64,000 nt of DNA, taken from contig CAVZPC010000008.1 in the NCBI GenBank assembly GCA_963777005.1, positions 1,781 through 65,780 on the forward strand. The letters are read 5' to 3'. Source of the DNA: an uncultured Acidobacteriaceae bacterium. GTDB lineage: Bacteria; Acidobacteriota; Terriglobia; Terriglobales; Acidobacteriaceae. The notes beneath the pieces were generated by a model, which was not told where the DNA came from, did not search any database, and saw only the letters and a list, made by a program, of their open reading frames with translations. The translations under genes were made by a program, and so were the position numbers. Positions 1-11,847 of the stretch are shown here, one piece after another (the first letter of the stretch is position 1; each line of letters begins with the position of its first letter).

Positions 1-135
1 TTGTCCTTCCCCGCCGGGTTCCCTGTACCTCAAGCCCGGCGATTTCAGTAGAGAATCTGAGAAGAAATAAGGGAAATTTCGTCTGGCGCTAAGTGCGATA
101 CCATTCCAAATGAGCCATGAGAGCGTGATGGAAGA

Positions 136-903
136 ATGAGAGTCGTGATCAAAGTCGGCACCAGCCTGATCGCTCCCGGCGGTCAGATCGACGCGAATAT
201 CCTGCGCTCCATGGTCGACCAGTTCGACCTTCGCAAGAATGAGTATCTGATCGTCACCTCCGGCGCGATCGCCGCGGGCATGTCGGGACTGGGATTGGGC
301 AAGCGGCCGAACGATGTTCCGGGAATGCAGGCGTGCGCAGCGGTCGGGCAAAGCAAGCTGATGCATACGTATGAGCGGCTGTTTTTCGGCAAGAAGGTGG
401 TCGCGCAACTCTTGCTTTCGAGTGATGACTTCACGTCGCCCGTGCGCTATCGCAACTTGCAGAACGCGCTGGCCGAGTTGCTTTCGCTGGGCGTGGTACC
501 CATCGTGAATGAGAATGACAGCGTCAGTGTGCGCGAATTGGTGGGCGCTTTTGGCGACAACGACGAACTGAGTTCGTTGCTGGCCACGGCGGTGAAAGCG
601 GACTGGCTTCTGCTGCTCACTGACGTGGACGGCTTTTATATGCCCGATCAAGGGAAAAGGTCAGGCAAGAAGCCGCGCCTGGTGCGGGTGGTACGCAAGC
701 TGACCCCCGCGCTGGAAGCGCAATGCAATGGCAAGAGCACTCTGGGACGCGGAGGTATGATTTCCAAATTACGGGCGGCGAAGCTGGCTAGTGAGGCAGG
801 CGTCCACGTGGCGATTGTAAATGGACGCCATCCGCAGGGGATCGCGATGGCCGTGGAACGCAAGATCGGAACCTATTTTCCTCCGTCAAAAGGGCGAAGC
901 TAA
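136..903 (+). CDS. proB: Glutamate 5-kinase, short form without PUA domain
   Basis: 255-aa ORF with amino-acid-kinase motifs (VIKVGTS, VTSGAIAAG, NENDSV, GDNDELS, TDVDGFY, GRGGM). Its stop abuts the proA start (TAAATG). Confidence 0.9.
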   Translation: MRVVIKVGTSLIAPGGQIDANILRSMVDQFDLRKNEYLIVTSGAIAAGMSGLGLGKRPNDVPGMQACAAVGQSKLMHTYERLFFGKKVVAQLLLSSDDFTSPVRYRNLQNALAELLSLGVVPIVNENDSVSVRELVGAFGDNDELSSLLATAVKADWLLLLTDVDGFYMPDQGKRSGKKPRLVRVVRKLTPALEAQCNGKSTLGRGGMISKLRAAKLASEAGVHVAIVNGRHPQGIAMAVERKIGTYFPPSKGRS

Positions 904-2156
904 ATGGCGGTCACGGTTACTCAATCGATGTCCACGAAGGAGAAGCTGCTGCGTGCGCGTGGAGCTGCCGCGAAGCTGGCTTTGCTCTCCACTGGCGAGA
1001 AGAATGCGTTGTTGCTGGCGATGGCGGATGCGATTGAAGCCGATATCCAGATGATTCTCGCCGCGAACCGCGAGGACGTGGAAAGCTCCGGCCTCGACGG
1101 CGCGATGCGCGACCGTTTGCTGCTGACGACTGAACGAATCAAGGAGATGGCGCAGGGTGTCCGCGACGTGGCGGCGCTGGGCGATCCGATTGGCGAGACA
1201 ATGGCGGAGTGGACGCGCCCGAATGGCCTGCGCATCCGCAAAGTGCGCGTGCCGCTGGGCGTGGTGGGAATCATCTACGAATCGCGGCCGAACGTGACCG
1301 TCGATACGGCGGTGCTCGCGCTGAAAACTGGCAATGCCATTGTGTTGCGAGGCGGCAAGGAAGCCGCGCGCAGCAATCAGCGACTGGTGGAGATTCTTGC
1401 GGCCGTGCCCGGAGTGCCAGAGGGAGCGATCGAACTCCTGGATTCGAGCACGCGGGAGTCGGTGGAGGAACTGATCAAGGCGCGTGGGCTGGTCGATGTG
1501 ATCATTCCGCGCGGCGGCGCTGGACTGATCACATTCGTCACTGAAAATTCGTCCGTCCCGGTGATTGAAACCGGAGCAGGGAATTGCCACATCTTCGTGG
1601 ACGAATCCGCCGATTTCGACATGGCGGATGAGATCGTGATCAATGCCAAGACGCAGCGTCCGTCGGTGTGCAACGCGGCGGAGAAGCTGCTGGTGCATGA
1701 ACAGATCGCGGCAGATATGTTCCGCGAATCGTGAAGAAGCTGATCGATGCAGGAGTCGAAGTTCGCGGGGACGCGAAGTCGCGCAGCCTGGCGCCTGGGA
1801 TGAATATTGCGCCGGCCACGGAGCAAGACTGGTACGAAGAATATCTGCGGCTGTGCATGGCAGTTTGCGTGGTCGCGAATGTGGATGAGGCGATCGCCCA
1901 CATCAATCGTTATTCGACGAAACACTCGGATTCCATCGTGACGCGCAATGAGGCGAATGCCCGCAAGTTTCTGCGCGGCGTGGATTCGGCCGCGGTGTAC
2001 TGGAATGCCTCAACCCGCTTTACCGATGGCGCGGAGTTCGGCTTTGGCGCCGAGATGGGCATCAGCACGCAGAAACTGCACTGCCGCGGGCCTTTCGCGC
2101 TGGCGGAGCTGACGTCTTCCAAGTACGAAATTATCGGCACGGGGCAGGTGCGATAA
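904..2156 (+). pseudogene. proA: Gamma-glutamyl phosphate reductase, interrupted by a 1-nt deletion-type frameshift
   Basis: ORFs 904..1734 (frame 1) and 1731..2156 (frame 3) together give a ProA of about 417 aa (RVPLGVVGIIYESRPNVT, GGKEA, NAAEKLLVHE, then HINRYSTKHSDSIVT, STRFTDGAEFG). The junction ...ADMF / PRIVKKLIDAG at about 1719-1727 needs one more C (ttcc versus ttccc). Confidence 0.85.
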
Positions 2157-2248
2157 ACTCCTGCGGCGCTAACTTGATTCGCGCGTGCTCTTCGTGCATC
2201 TTCCACAGCCCGCTGTGCTACCTTACTTACTTTCCCAACGGGAGCATC

Positions 2249-4427
2249 ATGCGATTCGTTTATTCGGCGCATTTTTTGCTCAGTCGTCTTCCTCTGCTTT
2301 GTATTCGCCAGCGTCAGCGGCCATGCGCCAGAGGCCTCTGCTGCGGCTCAAACCATCTTTGGTTTTCGCGACGCGGCTGCGGAAAGCGCTACCGAAGCCC
2401 GCTTCCTCGCGGTGCCTGATCCTAAACTGGCCGAGGAGCACCTGCGCACGCTGACGCAAGCTCCGCACATGGCCGGCACGCCTGAGGACAAGGCGACGGC
2501 GGACTACGTGGCGCAGAAGTTTCGCGCGGCTGGGCTCGATACCGAGATCGTCGAATACAAAGTGTGGATGAACTATCCGCAGGAAATCAGCGTCGATGTT
2601 ACCGCTCCGGCCGGAGTCGAAATGCACGGGCCCACGCGCGAGCATGTGGATGGAGATCCCTATCAGGACGATCCGCGCGTGGTGATGCCGTTCAACGGCA
2701 TGTCGCCCTCCGGAGATGCCGAGGCGGACGTGGTGTACGCCAACTACGGAACGCCTGAGGATTTCGAGAAGCTGGAAAAGTTGAAGGTCGATGTGCGCGG
2801 CAAGATTGTGATCGTACGGTATGGGCAGAATTTCCGCGGAGTGAAGGAATTCATTGCGCAGGAACACGGAGCGGCGGGAGTGATCATCTACTCGGATCCG
2901 TTCGATGATGGATGGCGGCGGGGAGATAAATATCCGGATGGGCCTTGGCGGCCGGATACCGGCGTGCAGCGCGGATCAGTGGGATACATGTTCGAATTTC
3001 CCGGCGATCCCACCACGCCCGGGATTCGCGTCCGTGCCATCGTTGCCGGAAAGCAAGCGGATCTCCCCAGAGCAGTCGGCGCAGATGCCGAAAATTCCCG
3101 TCACCCCACTTTCCTACCACGATGCCTGGCCGATTCTTCAACATCTGGGCGGAGCCGGATTCGCCGCGAGAGTGGCAGGGGGCCCTGCCTTTCACTTATC
3201 ACGTGGGACCGGGGCCGGTGCGGGTAAAGATGCACCTCAAGCAGGACTACCAGTTCCGCACTTTGTGGGATGTGATCGGCCGAGTGCGTGGCAGCGACGC
3301 ACCGGATGAGTGGGTGGTTGCAGGGAATCATCGCGATGCGTGGGTATATGGGGCAGTCGATCCGAACAGCGGCACGGCGGCGATGCTCGAGGCGGTTCAT
3401 GGCGTAGGCGAGTTGTTGAAGTCAGGTTGGAAGCCGAAGCGCACGATGATATTTGCGAGCTGGGACGGCGAAGAAGAAGGGCTGATGGGTTCGACCGAAT
3501 GGGCCGAGCAACATGAATCCGAACTGGCCAATGCTCCAGCCTATTTCAATATGGACGTGGCTGTTTCAGGATCGAAGTTCGGAGCCTCGGCGGTGCCGAG
3601 CCTGAAACGATTTTTGCGCGATGTGACCAAGGCCGTGCCCAGCCCGAAGGGTGGAACGGTTTACGAAGCGTGGCAAAAGACAGATCAGCCGGGGGTTCCG
3701 TCGACGCAATCGCGTGCGGAAGCGATTGGAGACGGCCGCCGCGCACCGGCAGCGCCAGTCAAGGGCGAGGTTCCGGTCGGGCGATTTGGGTAGCGGTTCT
3801 GATTACAGCGCTTTTCAGCAGCATCTGGGCGTGCCTTCCAGCGACATCAGTTCTACCGGGCCATACGGCGTCTATCACTCGGTGTTCGATAATTTCGCGT
3901 GGTTCAAGAAATTTGGAGATCCGGATTTCGTGTATGAGCAGCAAATGGCCAGAATCTTCGGACTGGAGGCGCTGCGCATGGCCGACGCCGACGTACTGCC
4001 CTACGATTACCAGGAATACGGCGAAGAAGTTTCAGCATACCTGGACGCGGCGGGAAAACGGGCAGAGAACAAATTTGGCGACCACGCACTCGATCTGGGC
4101 GCGGTAACCGCGGCGGCCAAGCACTTTCAAGATGCGGGAGCGAAGATTCTATCGAAGCAGAAAAATCCGCCGCGTGATACAGCGCGGCTGAATCGAGCGT
4201 TGCTCGGGGTGGAGCGGGCGCTGCTGGTGCCGGAAGGGCTGCCGCATCGTCCGTGGTTTCGCCATGCGATTTATGCTCCCGGTGAATATACCGGCTATGC
4301 AGCGGTGGTGATTCCGGGAGTGAACGAAGCTCTCGACAAAGGGGACGCGGGACAGGCGAGGCAGCAGTTAGCGGTTCTGGCGGCAGCGCTTGAACGCGCT
4401 GCGAAGGTTTTGGAGGGATCCCGGTAA
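2249..4427 (+). pseudogene. Secreted M28-family peptidase with PA domain (glutamate carboxypeptidase II / transferrin-receptor-like), reading frame broken four times
   Basis: Signal-peptide-like start MRFVYSAHF at 2249 preceded by GGAG. Motifs (VVYANYGTPEDF, GKIVIVRYG, NHRDAWVYGAVDPNSGTA, FASWDGEEEGLMGSTEW, LGSGSDYSAFQQHLGVPS, YHSVFDNF) run through frames 2>3>1>2>3, with switches near 2272-2290, 3021-3030, 3148-3158 and 3775-3785. Confidence 0.8.
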
Positions 4428-4431
4428 CGGC

Positions 4432-4742
4432 ATGAACACTACGCAGGCTCTTGGGCAATTTCTGCGCACGCTGCCGCACTCCGCTGCGGCAACGTTTCTT
4501 GCGCTGTTTCCCATTGTCGATCCGTTCGGCGGCATCCCGATTTCGCCGCTTCATACCTGGGGATGGTGATTGGAATTGCCGGGATCGCACTCTCGGTGTT
4601 GTTGTTTTTCTGGCTGGGAGGCCCGCTGGTGCGACGGTTGGGGCCGAGCGCGGTAGGAGCCATCAACAAGATTTTTGGCTTTCTGATTCTGGCGATTGCC
4701 GTCCAGTTAGTGTGGGACGGGGTGGCCGACTTCAAGAGCTAA
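4432..4742 (+). pseudogene. MarC/UPF0056-family membrane protein remnant (half-size, frameshifted)
   Basis: The N-terminal family motif FLALFPIVDPFGGIPI (frame 1) continues as FAASYLGMVIGIAG...INKIFGFLILAIAVQLVWDG (frame 3) after a 1-nt gap near 4538-4545. The joined product is about 103 aa, against about 200 aa for typical MarC proteins. Confidence 0.5.
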
Positions 4743-4807
4743 AGTTTGCCAGGAGCCTATCCTCTCGCGAAGAAACCGAAAGGATAGGCTGCCAGCTAGT
4801 TTGAGAG

Positions 4808-5581
4808 TTATTTGTAGGTTGCATCGGTTCGCGCCAGATAGTCGCGGTGCTGACTGAAGTCCACCATGGAGGCGAAAGCGGTGCCGCCCATGGGATTTGC
4901 CTTGACAGCATCGCGGACGGCCGCGTTGACCTTGTCGAGTCCTTCCGCATTGGCCGCGATGTAATCAATCCAGAATGTTCCCGGAGCATCGGTGTGGATG
5001 GCTTCGGTATCGATTTCATACTCGTGGATGACGCCGTCGGCCAGCATTTTTTCCATGAGCGGGCCGACTAGATGCTTGGCAATCATATCCACTGCGTTGT
5101 CGGGGGCATCGGCTTTCAGTTTATACATCGACGCCTCGGAGTAGACGCCTTTCCATGATCCGGAATGCCAATTGTAGTAGCGGCTGACGAGCATGGCGTC
5201 GGAGTGTTTTGTGGCGCTCTCGTCCACCGGCGAAGTCGGCGAGCCCGACTTGTAAATTACATCGAGAAGGTTCAGCAGTCCGGCCATTGACGTGGCGGAG
5301 AACCAGTCATCGTGAGTGGGACCACCGTCCTGGTGAATTAAATTCGTGTCGTAGCCGTAGGCGATGATCTGTCCATCGGAGACGCCCTTGTCCATCATCT
5401 TCTGCTCCGCTGCGATCTCTTTGGCTTCGTCGGCCCATTGTGTACGGGGAAGCGTCCAGAAGGCTACGTAGGTGTACATGCGGGGTTTTTCTTTTATCTC
5501 AGTCGTTTGCGCCGGAGCGCAGACGGCTGACACGGCGAGCGTGCATCCCAGGGCAAGAACACTCCATAGTTTTCTGTTCAT
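4808..5581 (-). CDS. Secreted protein of unknown function with an internal tandem domain duplication
   Basis: 257-aa ORF with an N-terminal signal peptide (MNRKLWSVLALGCTLAVSAVCAPAQT). The two halves align (DGQIIAYGYDTNLIHQDGGPTHDDWF versus DGVIHEYEIDTEAIHTDAPGTFWIDY). Confidence 0.7.
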   Translation of the reverse strand: MNRKLWSVLALGCTLAVSAVCAPAQTTEIKEKPRMYTYVAFWTLPRTQWADEAKEIAAEQKMMDKGVSDGQIIAYGYDTNLIHQDGGPTHDDWFSATSMAGLLNLLDVIYKSGSPTSPVDESATKHSDAMLVSRYYNWHSGSWKGVYSEASMYKLKADAPDNAVDMIAKHLVGPLMEKMLADGVIHEYEIDTEAIHTDAPGTFWIDYIAANAEGLDKVNAAVRDAVKANPMGGTAFASMVDFSQHRDYLARTDATYK

Positions 5582-5819
5582 GTTTTATCCTCAGTGATTC
5601 AACAAGGGACTTCGATCTTGCTGTCCCAAGCGGCAGCAAGTGTACACCTTTGTTCGGGGGACGCCGAATCTGGGGTGAAAACTTGTGTTCGCGGCTTACG
5701 TAGCCACGGAGTTCTGATTTCGGCGCTTTTCGTGCGCCGTGGCGAAGGTGGAGAACCTCGATCGGTATGCTCTGTTCCGCCAGGAATTCGGGATCATGGT
5801 GTCTCCCGGCACGCATTCG

Positions 5820-7406
<1,587 letters not shown>

Positions 7407-7453
7407 TCACGGCGCCGGCTGAGTTGAGACGTTAGGTTAGAAGCACAACCAAA

Positions 7454-9103
7454 ATGAAAACTCATCCCAAAGGCAGTCATGCTCGCATCCTTCTGAGTTC
7501 AGTGTTTGGACCTTATGCGCAGGACGATGAATTTGGCAGTCGCGCGATCAATCCCATGGAGCTTTATCACAACCAGGTAACGCGGGCCCAGGGCAGCTTC
7601 TCGTTGCGGATGTTCCATCGTTCCTGGGGCATCATGATGATCCAGGAAAATATTTCGGCGCCGTGCAGCGTGCTGGATTTCCCCACGCGCGAGGCTTTTG
7701 CCCGCGAATTGACCACCAACCACTATGACATCGTTGGAATTTCATCGATCATTGTGAATGTCTTGAAGGTTCGGGAGATGTGCCGCATGGTGCGAGAGCT
7801 GTCGCCGGATTCCGTGATCGTGGTGGGCGGACACGTGGCTGCGATTCCCGGGCTGGACGCGATGATCGATGCTGACCACATCGTACGCGGGGAAGGCATT
7901 TCGTGGATGCGCCGATACCTGGGCGAAGACGAGAATGCGCCCATTCGCCATCCGGCGATTGTTTCAGGCCTGCAGACTCGCATTATGGGAGTGCGTCTGC
8001 CGCAGCGGAAGGGCGGGACGGCGGCGACTATCATTCCATCGGTGGGTTGCCCGATGGGGTGCAACTTTTGCACGACGTCCGCTTTTTTCGGTGGCAAAGG
8101 AAAGTTCATCAACTTCTACGAGACCGGAGATCAATTATTCGACGTGATGTGCAAGATCGAAGCGGAGCTTGCCGTGAAGTCGTTCTTTGTGATGGACGAG
8201 AACTTCCTGCTACACCGCGAGCGCGCCATGCGCCTGCTGGAGCGCATGAAAGAAGCCGGCAAGAGCTGGGAACTTTCGGTCTTCGCTTCCGCCAACGCGA
8301 TTCGAAAATACTCGATGGTGGAGCTCGTGGAACTCGGCGTGTCGTGGATCTGGATGGGACTGGAATCTCCCAGATCGAGCTATGGCAAGTTGCAGGGGCA
8401 CGATCTGACGCATCTCACGCGCGAGCTTCGCGAACACGGCATACGGGTGCAAGGTTCGACGATCATCGGACTCGAACACCACACGCCGGACAATATCGTC
8501 CAGGAAATTGAATCGGCGGTTGATTACGAGACCGATTTCCATCAGTTCATGCTCTACACGCCGGTTCCGGGCACGCCGCTCTATCAAGAGATGGCGAAGC
8601 AGGGCCGCTTGCTATCGAACATTGACTATGCGGACATTCATGGCCAATACAAATTCAACTTCAAGCATGCTGCAATTTCCCGAGAGGATTCGAAGCGATT
8701 CTTGGATTGGGCATTCTGGCGAGACTTTGAACGAAATGGTCCGAGTCTTTACCGTCTGTGCCAGACCATGCTGCAAGGCTGGCAGCGTTACAAAGATTAT
8801 CCGGACCCGCGCGTGCGAGAGCGATTTACGAGGCAAGTGAAGAAGATGATTGGGGCCTACAACGCTGCCCTGTGGGCGATGGAGCGGGATTTCAAGAAAG
8901 TGAATCGCAGCGTGAGTGAGAAGATTCATAAGCTGCGCCGCGAAGTTGAAAAGGAGTTTCCGGTGATTGCCCGGCTGACGGCCGCGTCGCTTGGTCCCGT
9001 GTTGTTGTGGTCTACACGGCGAGAGACGCGCCGGCTGGCGGCGGGACAGACCTACGAGCCTCCTACGTTCCTTGAACGCACTCATTGGATTCCGGCTTCG
9101 TAG
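7454..9103 (+). CDS. B12-binding-domain radical SAM protein (class B), substrate unknown
   Basis: 549-aa ORF. It has an N-terminal cobalamin-binding-like segment (HYDIVGISSII...VIVVGGHVAA) followed by the CxxxCxxC motif GCPMGCNFC. Confidence 0.85.
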   Translation: MKTHPKGSHARILLSSVFGPYAQDDEFGSRAINPMELYHNQVTRAQGSFSLRMFHRSWGIMMIQENISAPCSVLDFPTREAFARELTTNHYDIVGISSIIVNVLKVREMCRMVRELSPDSVIVVGGHVAAIPGLDAMIDADHIVRGEGISWMRRYLGEDENAPIRHPAIVSGLQTRIMGVRLPQRKGGTAATIIPSVGCPMGCNFCTTSAFFGGKGKFINFYETGDQLFDVMCKIEAELAVKSFFVMDENFLLHRERAMRLLERMKEAGKSWELSVFASANAIRKYSMVELVELGVSWIWMGLESPRSSYGKLQGHDLTHLTRELREHGIRVQGSTIIGLEHHTPDNIVQEIESAVDYETDFHQFMLYTPVPGTPLYQEMAKQGRLLSNIDYADIHGQYKFNFKHAAISREDSKRFLDWAFWRDFERNGPSLYRLCQTMLQGWQRYKDYPDPRVRERFTRQVKKMIGAYNAALWAMERDFKKVNRSVSEKIHKLRREVEKEFPVIARLTAASLGPVLLWSTRRETRRLAAGQTYEPPTFLERTHWIPAS

Positions 9104-9174
9104 GCTGACATCCTTGCTCCCGAGAACAAGCGGGGCTTAGAATCTCATCCGTTCCTATAAGGAGAGATTCACCC

Positions 9175-11217
9175 ATGCGTGTGCTCCGATTCATGCCGGC
9201 TTTGTTGCTTGTCATAACCGCCAGCGGCTTCGCTCAAACATCTTCTTCCGTGAAGCCGGCTCCCGGCTTCAGCCTGGACAATATCGACAAGAGCGTTGAT
9301 CCTTGCGTGGACTTTTACCAGTATGCCTGCGGCAACTGGATTAAGAATTCGGAGATCCCTCCTGACCAATCGCAGTGGGTCAGCTTCGTGGAACTTCGCG
9401 AGCGCAACCTCGACATTGAGCACGGCATTTTGGAAAAGGCCGCTGCGGGCGGGGCGAGCCGCGACGCGGTCGACCAACGAATTGGCGATCTTTACGGCTC
9501 CTGCATGGACGAGAAGGCGGTGAATGCCAAAGGCCTCGCGCCGCTCAAGCCGGAGCTCGACCGTGTGGCTGCCGTTCAGGACAAGGCTGCGCTGATCGAT
9601 GAACTCGCTCATCTGTATCTGGTCGGAGGCACGTCACTGTTCAGCTTTTACTCTTCTCCCGATCTGCACAATGCCGATCAGGTGATTGCTTACATTGATC
9701 AGGGCGGGCTCACGTTGCCGGATCGTGACTACTACATCAAGGAAGACAATCCGAAGATGAAGGAGATGCGGCAGCATCTGATGGAGTATGTGACGCAGTC
9801 GTTCACGCTCGTGGGCCAGACTCCGCAACAGGCAGCCGATTCCGCGCAGACTGTGCTGCGCATCGAAACTGCTCTAGCCAAGGCCTCGATGGACCGCACT
9901 GCACGGCGCGATCCGAAGAACCGCGATCATAAGATGAGCCGCGAGGAAGCCGTCGCCCTCGGGCCGGATTTTTATCTAAATCGCTATTTTGCGGCAGTCG
10001 GTGCGCCCAACTTCACCCAGCTCAACGTTACTAATCCTGATTTCTTCAAACAAGTGAATGGAGTTCTGGAATCCGAATCTCTGGATTCGTTGAAGACTTA
10101 CGTGAGTTGGCATGTGCTGAATGCGGCGGAGCCGTGGCTTTCGGAACCTTTCGTCGAGGTGAACTTCAAATTCCAACAGAATCTGACTGGTCAGAAAGAG
10201 ATTCAGGCGCGCTGGAAGCGCTGCGTCACTCTTACCGACCAGGAGCTTGGCGAAGCTTTAGGGCAAAGATATGTGGACGCGACGTTCGGCCCGGATGGCA
10301 AGCAGCGGATGCTCAAGATGGTGGATGCACTGGAGAAATCGCTCGCAGATGATATTCAGGGTCTGTCATGGATGAGCGACGAAACGAAAAAGCAGGCCAA
10401 AGTGAAGCTGGATGCCATTCGAAACAAGATTGGCTATCCTGATGTGTACCGCGACTACAGTTCGGTGGTGATCAAGCCGAACGATCTGCTGGGCAACATA
10501 GCTCGCGCCGATGAATTTGAATCGAAGCGCGACATTGCCAAGATCGACAAGCCGCTTGACCGCAAGGAGTGGGGCATGACTCCGCCGACGGTGAACGCAT
10601 ATTACAGCGGTTCATTCAACGAAATCGTCTTTCCGGCGGGAATTTTGCAGCCGCCGTTCTTCGACAAGACCATGGATGATGCGGTGAACTTTGGTGGCAT
10701 CGGTCTGGTGATTGGTCATGAACTCACGCATGGTTTCGACGACCAGGGGCGAAAGTTCGATCCACGGGGCAATCTGCATGATTGGTGGACAGCGCAGGAC
10801 GGCAAGGAGTTTGAGAAGCGAGTGAGCTGCGTCGCCGATGAATACTCAAACTTTGTGGCGGTTGACGACCTCAAGCTGAATGGCCGCCTCACGCTGGGAG
10901 AGAATACCGCCGACAACGGAGGAGCGCGCATCGCTTTGGCGGCGCTTGAGCATATGATCGCCGACGACAAGACGGGGAAAGAAGGCCAGAAGATCGATGG
11001 CTATACCCCTGAACAGCGTTTCTTCTTGGGATTCGGGCGGGTGTGGTGCGAGAAGCGGCGTCCGGAGATCGCGCGCACCCGGGTGCTCACCGATCCGCAC
11101 TCACCCGGCAAATATCGTGTAGATGGCGTGGTGCAGAACATGCCGGAGTTTCAGAAGGCATGGGGATGCAAAGCGGGACAGCCGATGGTGGCTGAGAACG
11201 CTTGCCACGTCTGGTGA
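9175..11217 (+). CDS. M13-family zinc metallopeptidase (PepO / endothelin-converting-enzyme-like), secreted
   Basis: 680-aa ORF with AAGGAG RBS and a signal peptide. It carries the motifs HELTHGFDDQG and GENTADNGG and has a CxVW C-terminus. Confidence 0.9.
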   Translation: MRVLRFMPALLLVITASGFAQTSSSVKPAPGFSLDNIDKSVDPCVDFYQYACGNWIKNSEIPPDQSQWVSFVELRERNLDIEHGILEKAAAGGASRDAVDQRIGDLYGSCMDEKAVNAKGLAPLKPELDRVAAVQDKAALIDELAHLYLVGGTSLFSFYSSPDLHNADQVIAYIDQGGLTLPDRDYYIKEDNPKMKEMRQHLMEYVTQSFTLVGQTPQQAADSAQTVLRIETALAKASMDRTARRDPKNRDHKMSREEAVALGPDFYLNRYFAAVGAPNFTQLNVTNPDFFKQVNGVLESESLDSLKTYVSWHVLNAAEPWLSEPFVEVNFKFQQNLTGQKEIQARWKRCVTLTDQELGEALGQRYVDATFGPDGKQRMLKMVDALEKSLADDIQGLSWMSDETKKQAKVKLDAIRNKIGYPDVYRDYSSVVIKPNDLLGNIARADEFESKRDIAKIDKPLDRKEWGMTPPTVNAYYSGSFNEIVFPAGILQPPFFDKTMDDAVNFGGIGLVIGHELTHGFDDQGRKFDPRGNLHDWWTAQDGKEFEKRVSCVADEYSNFVAVDDLKLNGRLTLGENTADNGGARIALAALEHMIADDKTGKEGQKIDGYTPEQRFFLGFGRVWCEKRRPEIARTRVLTDPHSPGKYRVDGVVQNMPEFQKAWGCKAGQPMVAENACHVW

Positions 11218-11243
11218 TCCACACGCTATGACAATTTCAGAAT

Positions 11244-11276
11244 GAAAGGCCCGGCATCTTGCCGGGCCTTTATTCT
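11244..11276 (+). terminator. Intrinsic terminator after the M13 peptidase gene
   Basis: Perfect 12-bp stem aaaggcccggca / tgccgggccttt with a 3-nt loop, followed by attctt. It starts 27 nt after the stop codon. Confidence 0.7.
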
Positions 11277-11516
11277 TGCAGCCAGGCCGCGCCGCGCACC
11301 GCAACGGAAACCTGATGACAAATCTCCGACGACAAAATGACTCACGTTTGACGATGCGGTGACAATCTCTTTTTCTGCGTCGCCTATGCTCGACTTGTCT
11401 GGAATAAAACCCCTGCGAACTGAATAAGTACATCAACCGCTGACCAGTGGTGACAGGCCGAGGGAGTTCCTCGTTCAGCCAGCGGAGTCGCGTCAGCGAA
11501 ACGTAGAGGAGAAAAA

Positions 11517-11801
11517 ATGAGCAAACTTTCTGCATACATGCTGGCGATTGCCGTCTCTCTGGGAACGACGGCGATGCTCGATAACAGCCAACTCTCCCAT
11601 AGAACAAACGCAAGCGCCGAAGCGCGACTGCAAGGGGATGGAGCTTTCCGCGACGGGCTGTACCTCGGAAAGCTAGCTGCCCAAAGCGGCCAGCCGCAGC
11701 ATCCCGCCATTGCCCGCTGGTCCAGCGATCAGGACCGCGCCACGTTCACGGCGGGGTATCGCCGCGGATACAACGAATCGCTCGGTCGCATGGAGCCATA
11801 A
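11517..11801 (+). CDS. Small secreted hypothetical protein
   Basis: 94-aa ORF with a strong RBS (GAGGAGAAAAAATG) and a signal-peptide-like N-terminus. No recognisable motif. Confidence 0.5.
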   Translation: MSKLSAYMLAIAVSLGTTAMLDNSQLSHRTNASAEARLQGDGAFRDGLYLGKLAAQSGQPQHPAIARWSSDQDRATFTAGYRRGYNESLGRMEP

Positions 11802-11847
11802 ACACAAATTTCGCGAAATGCGAATTCTGAATTTGAGGTGAAGTTGT

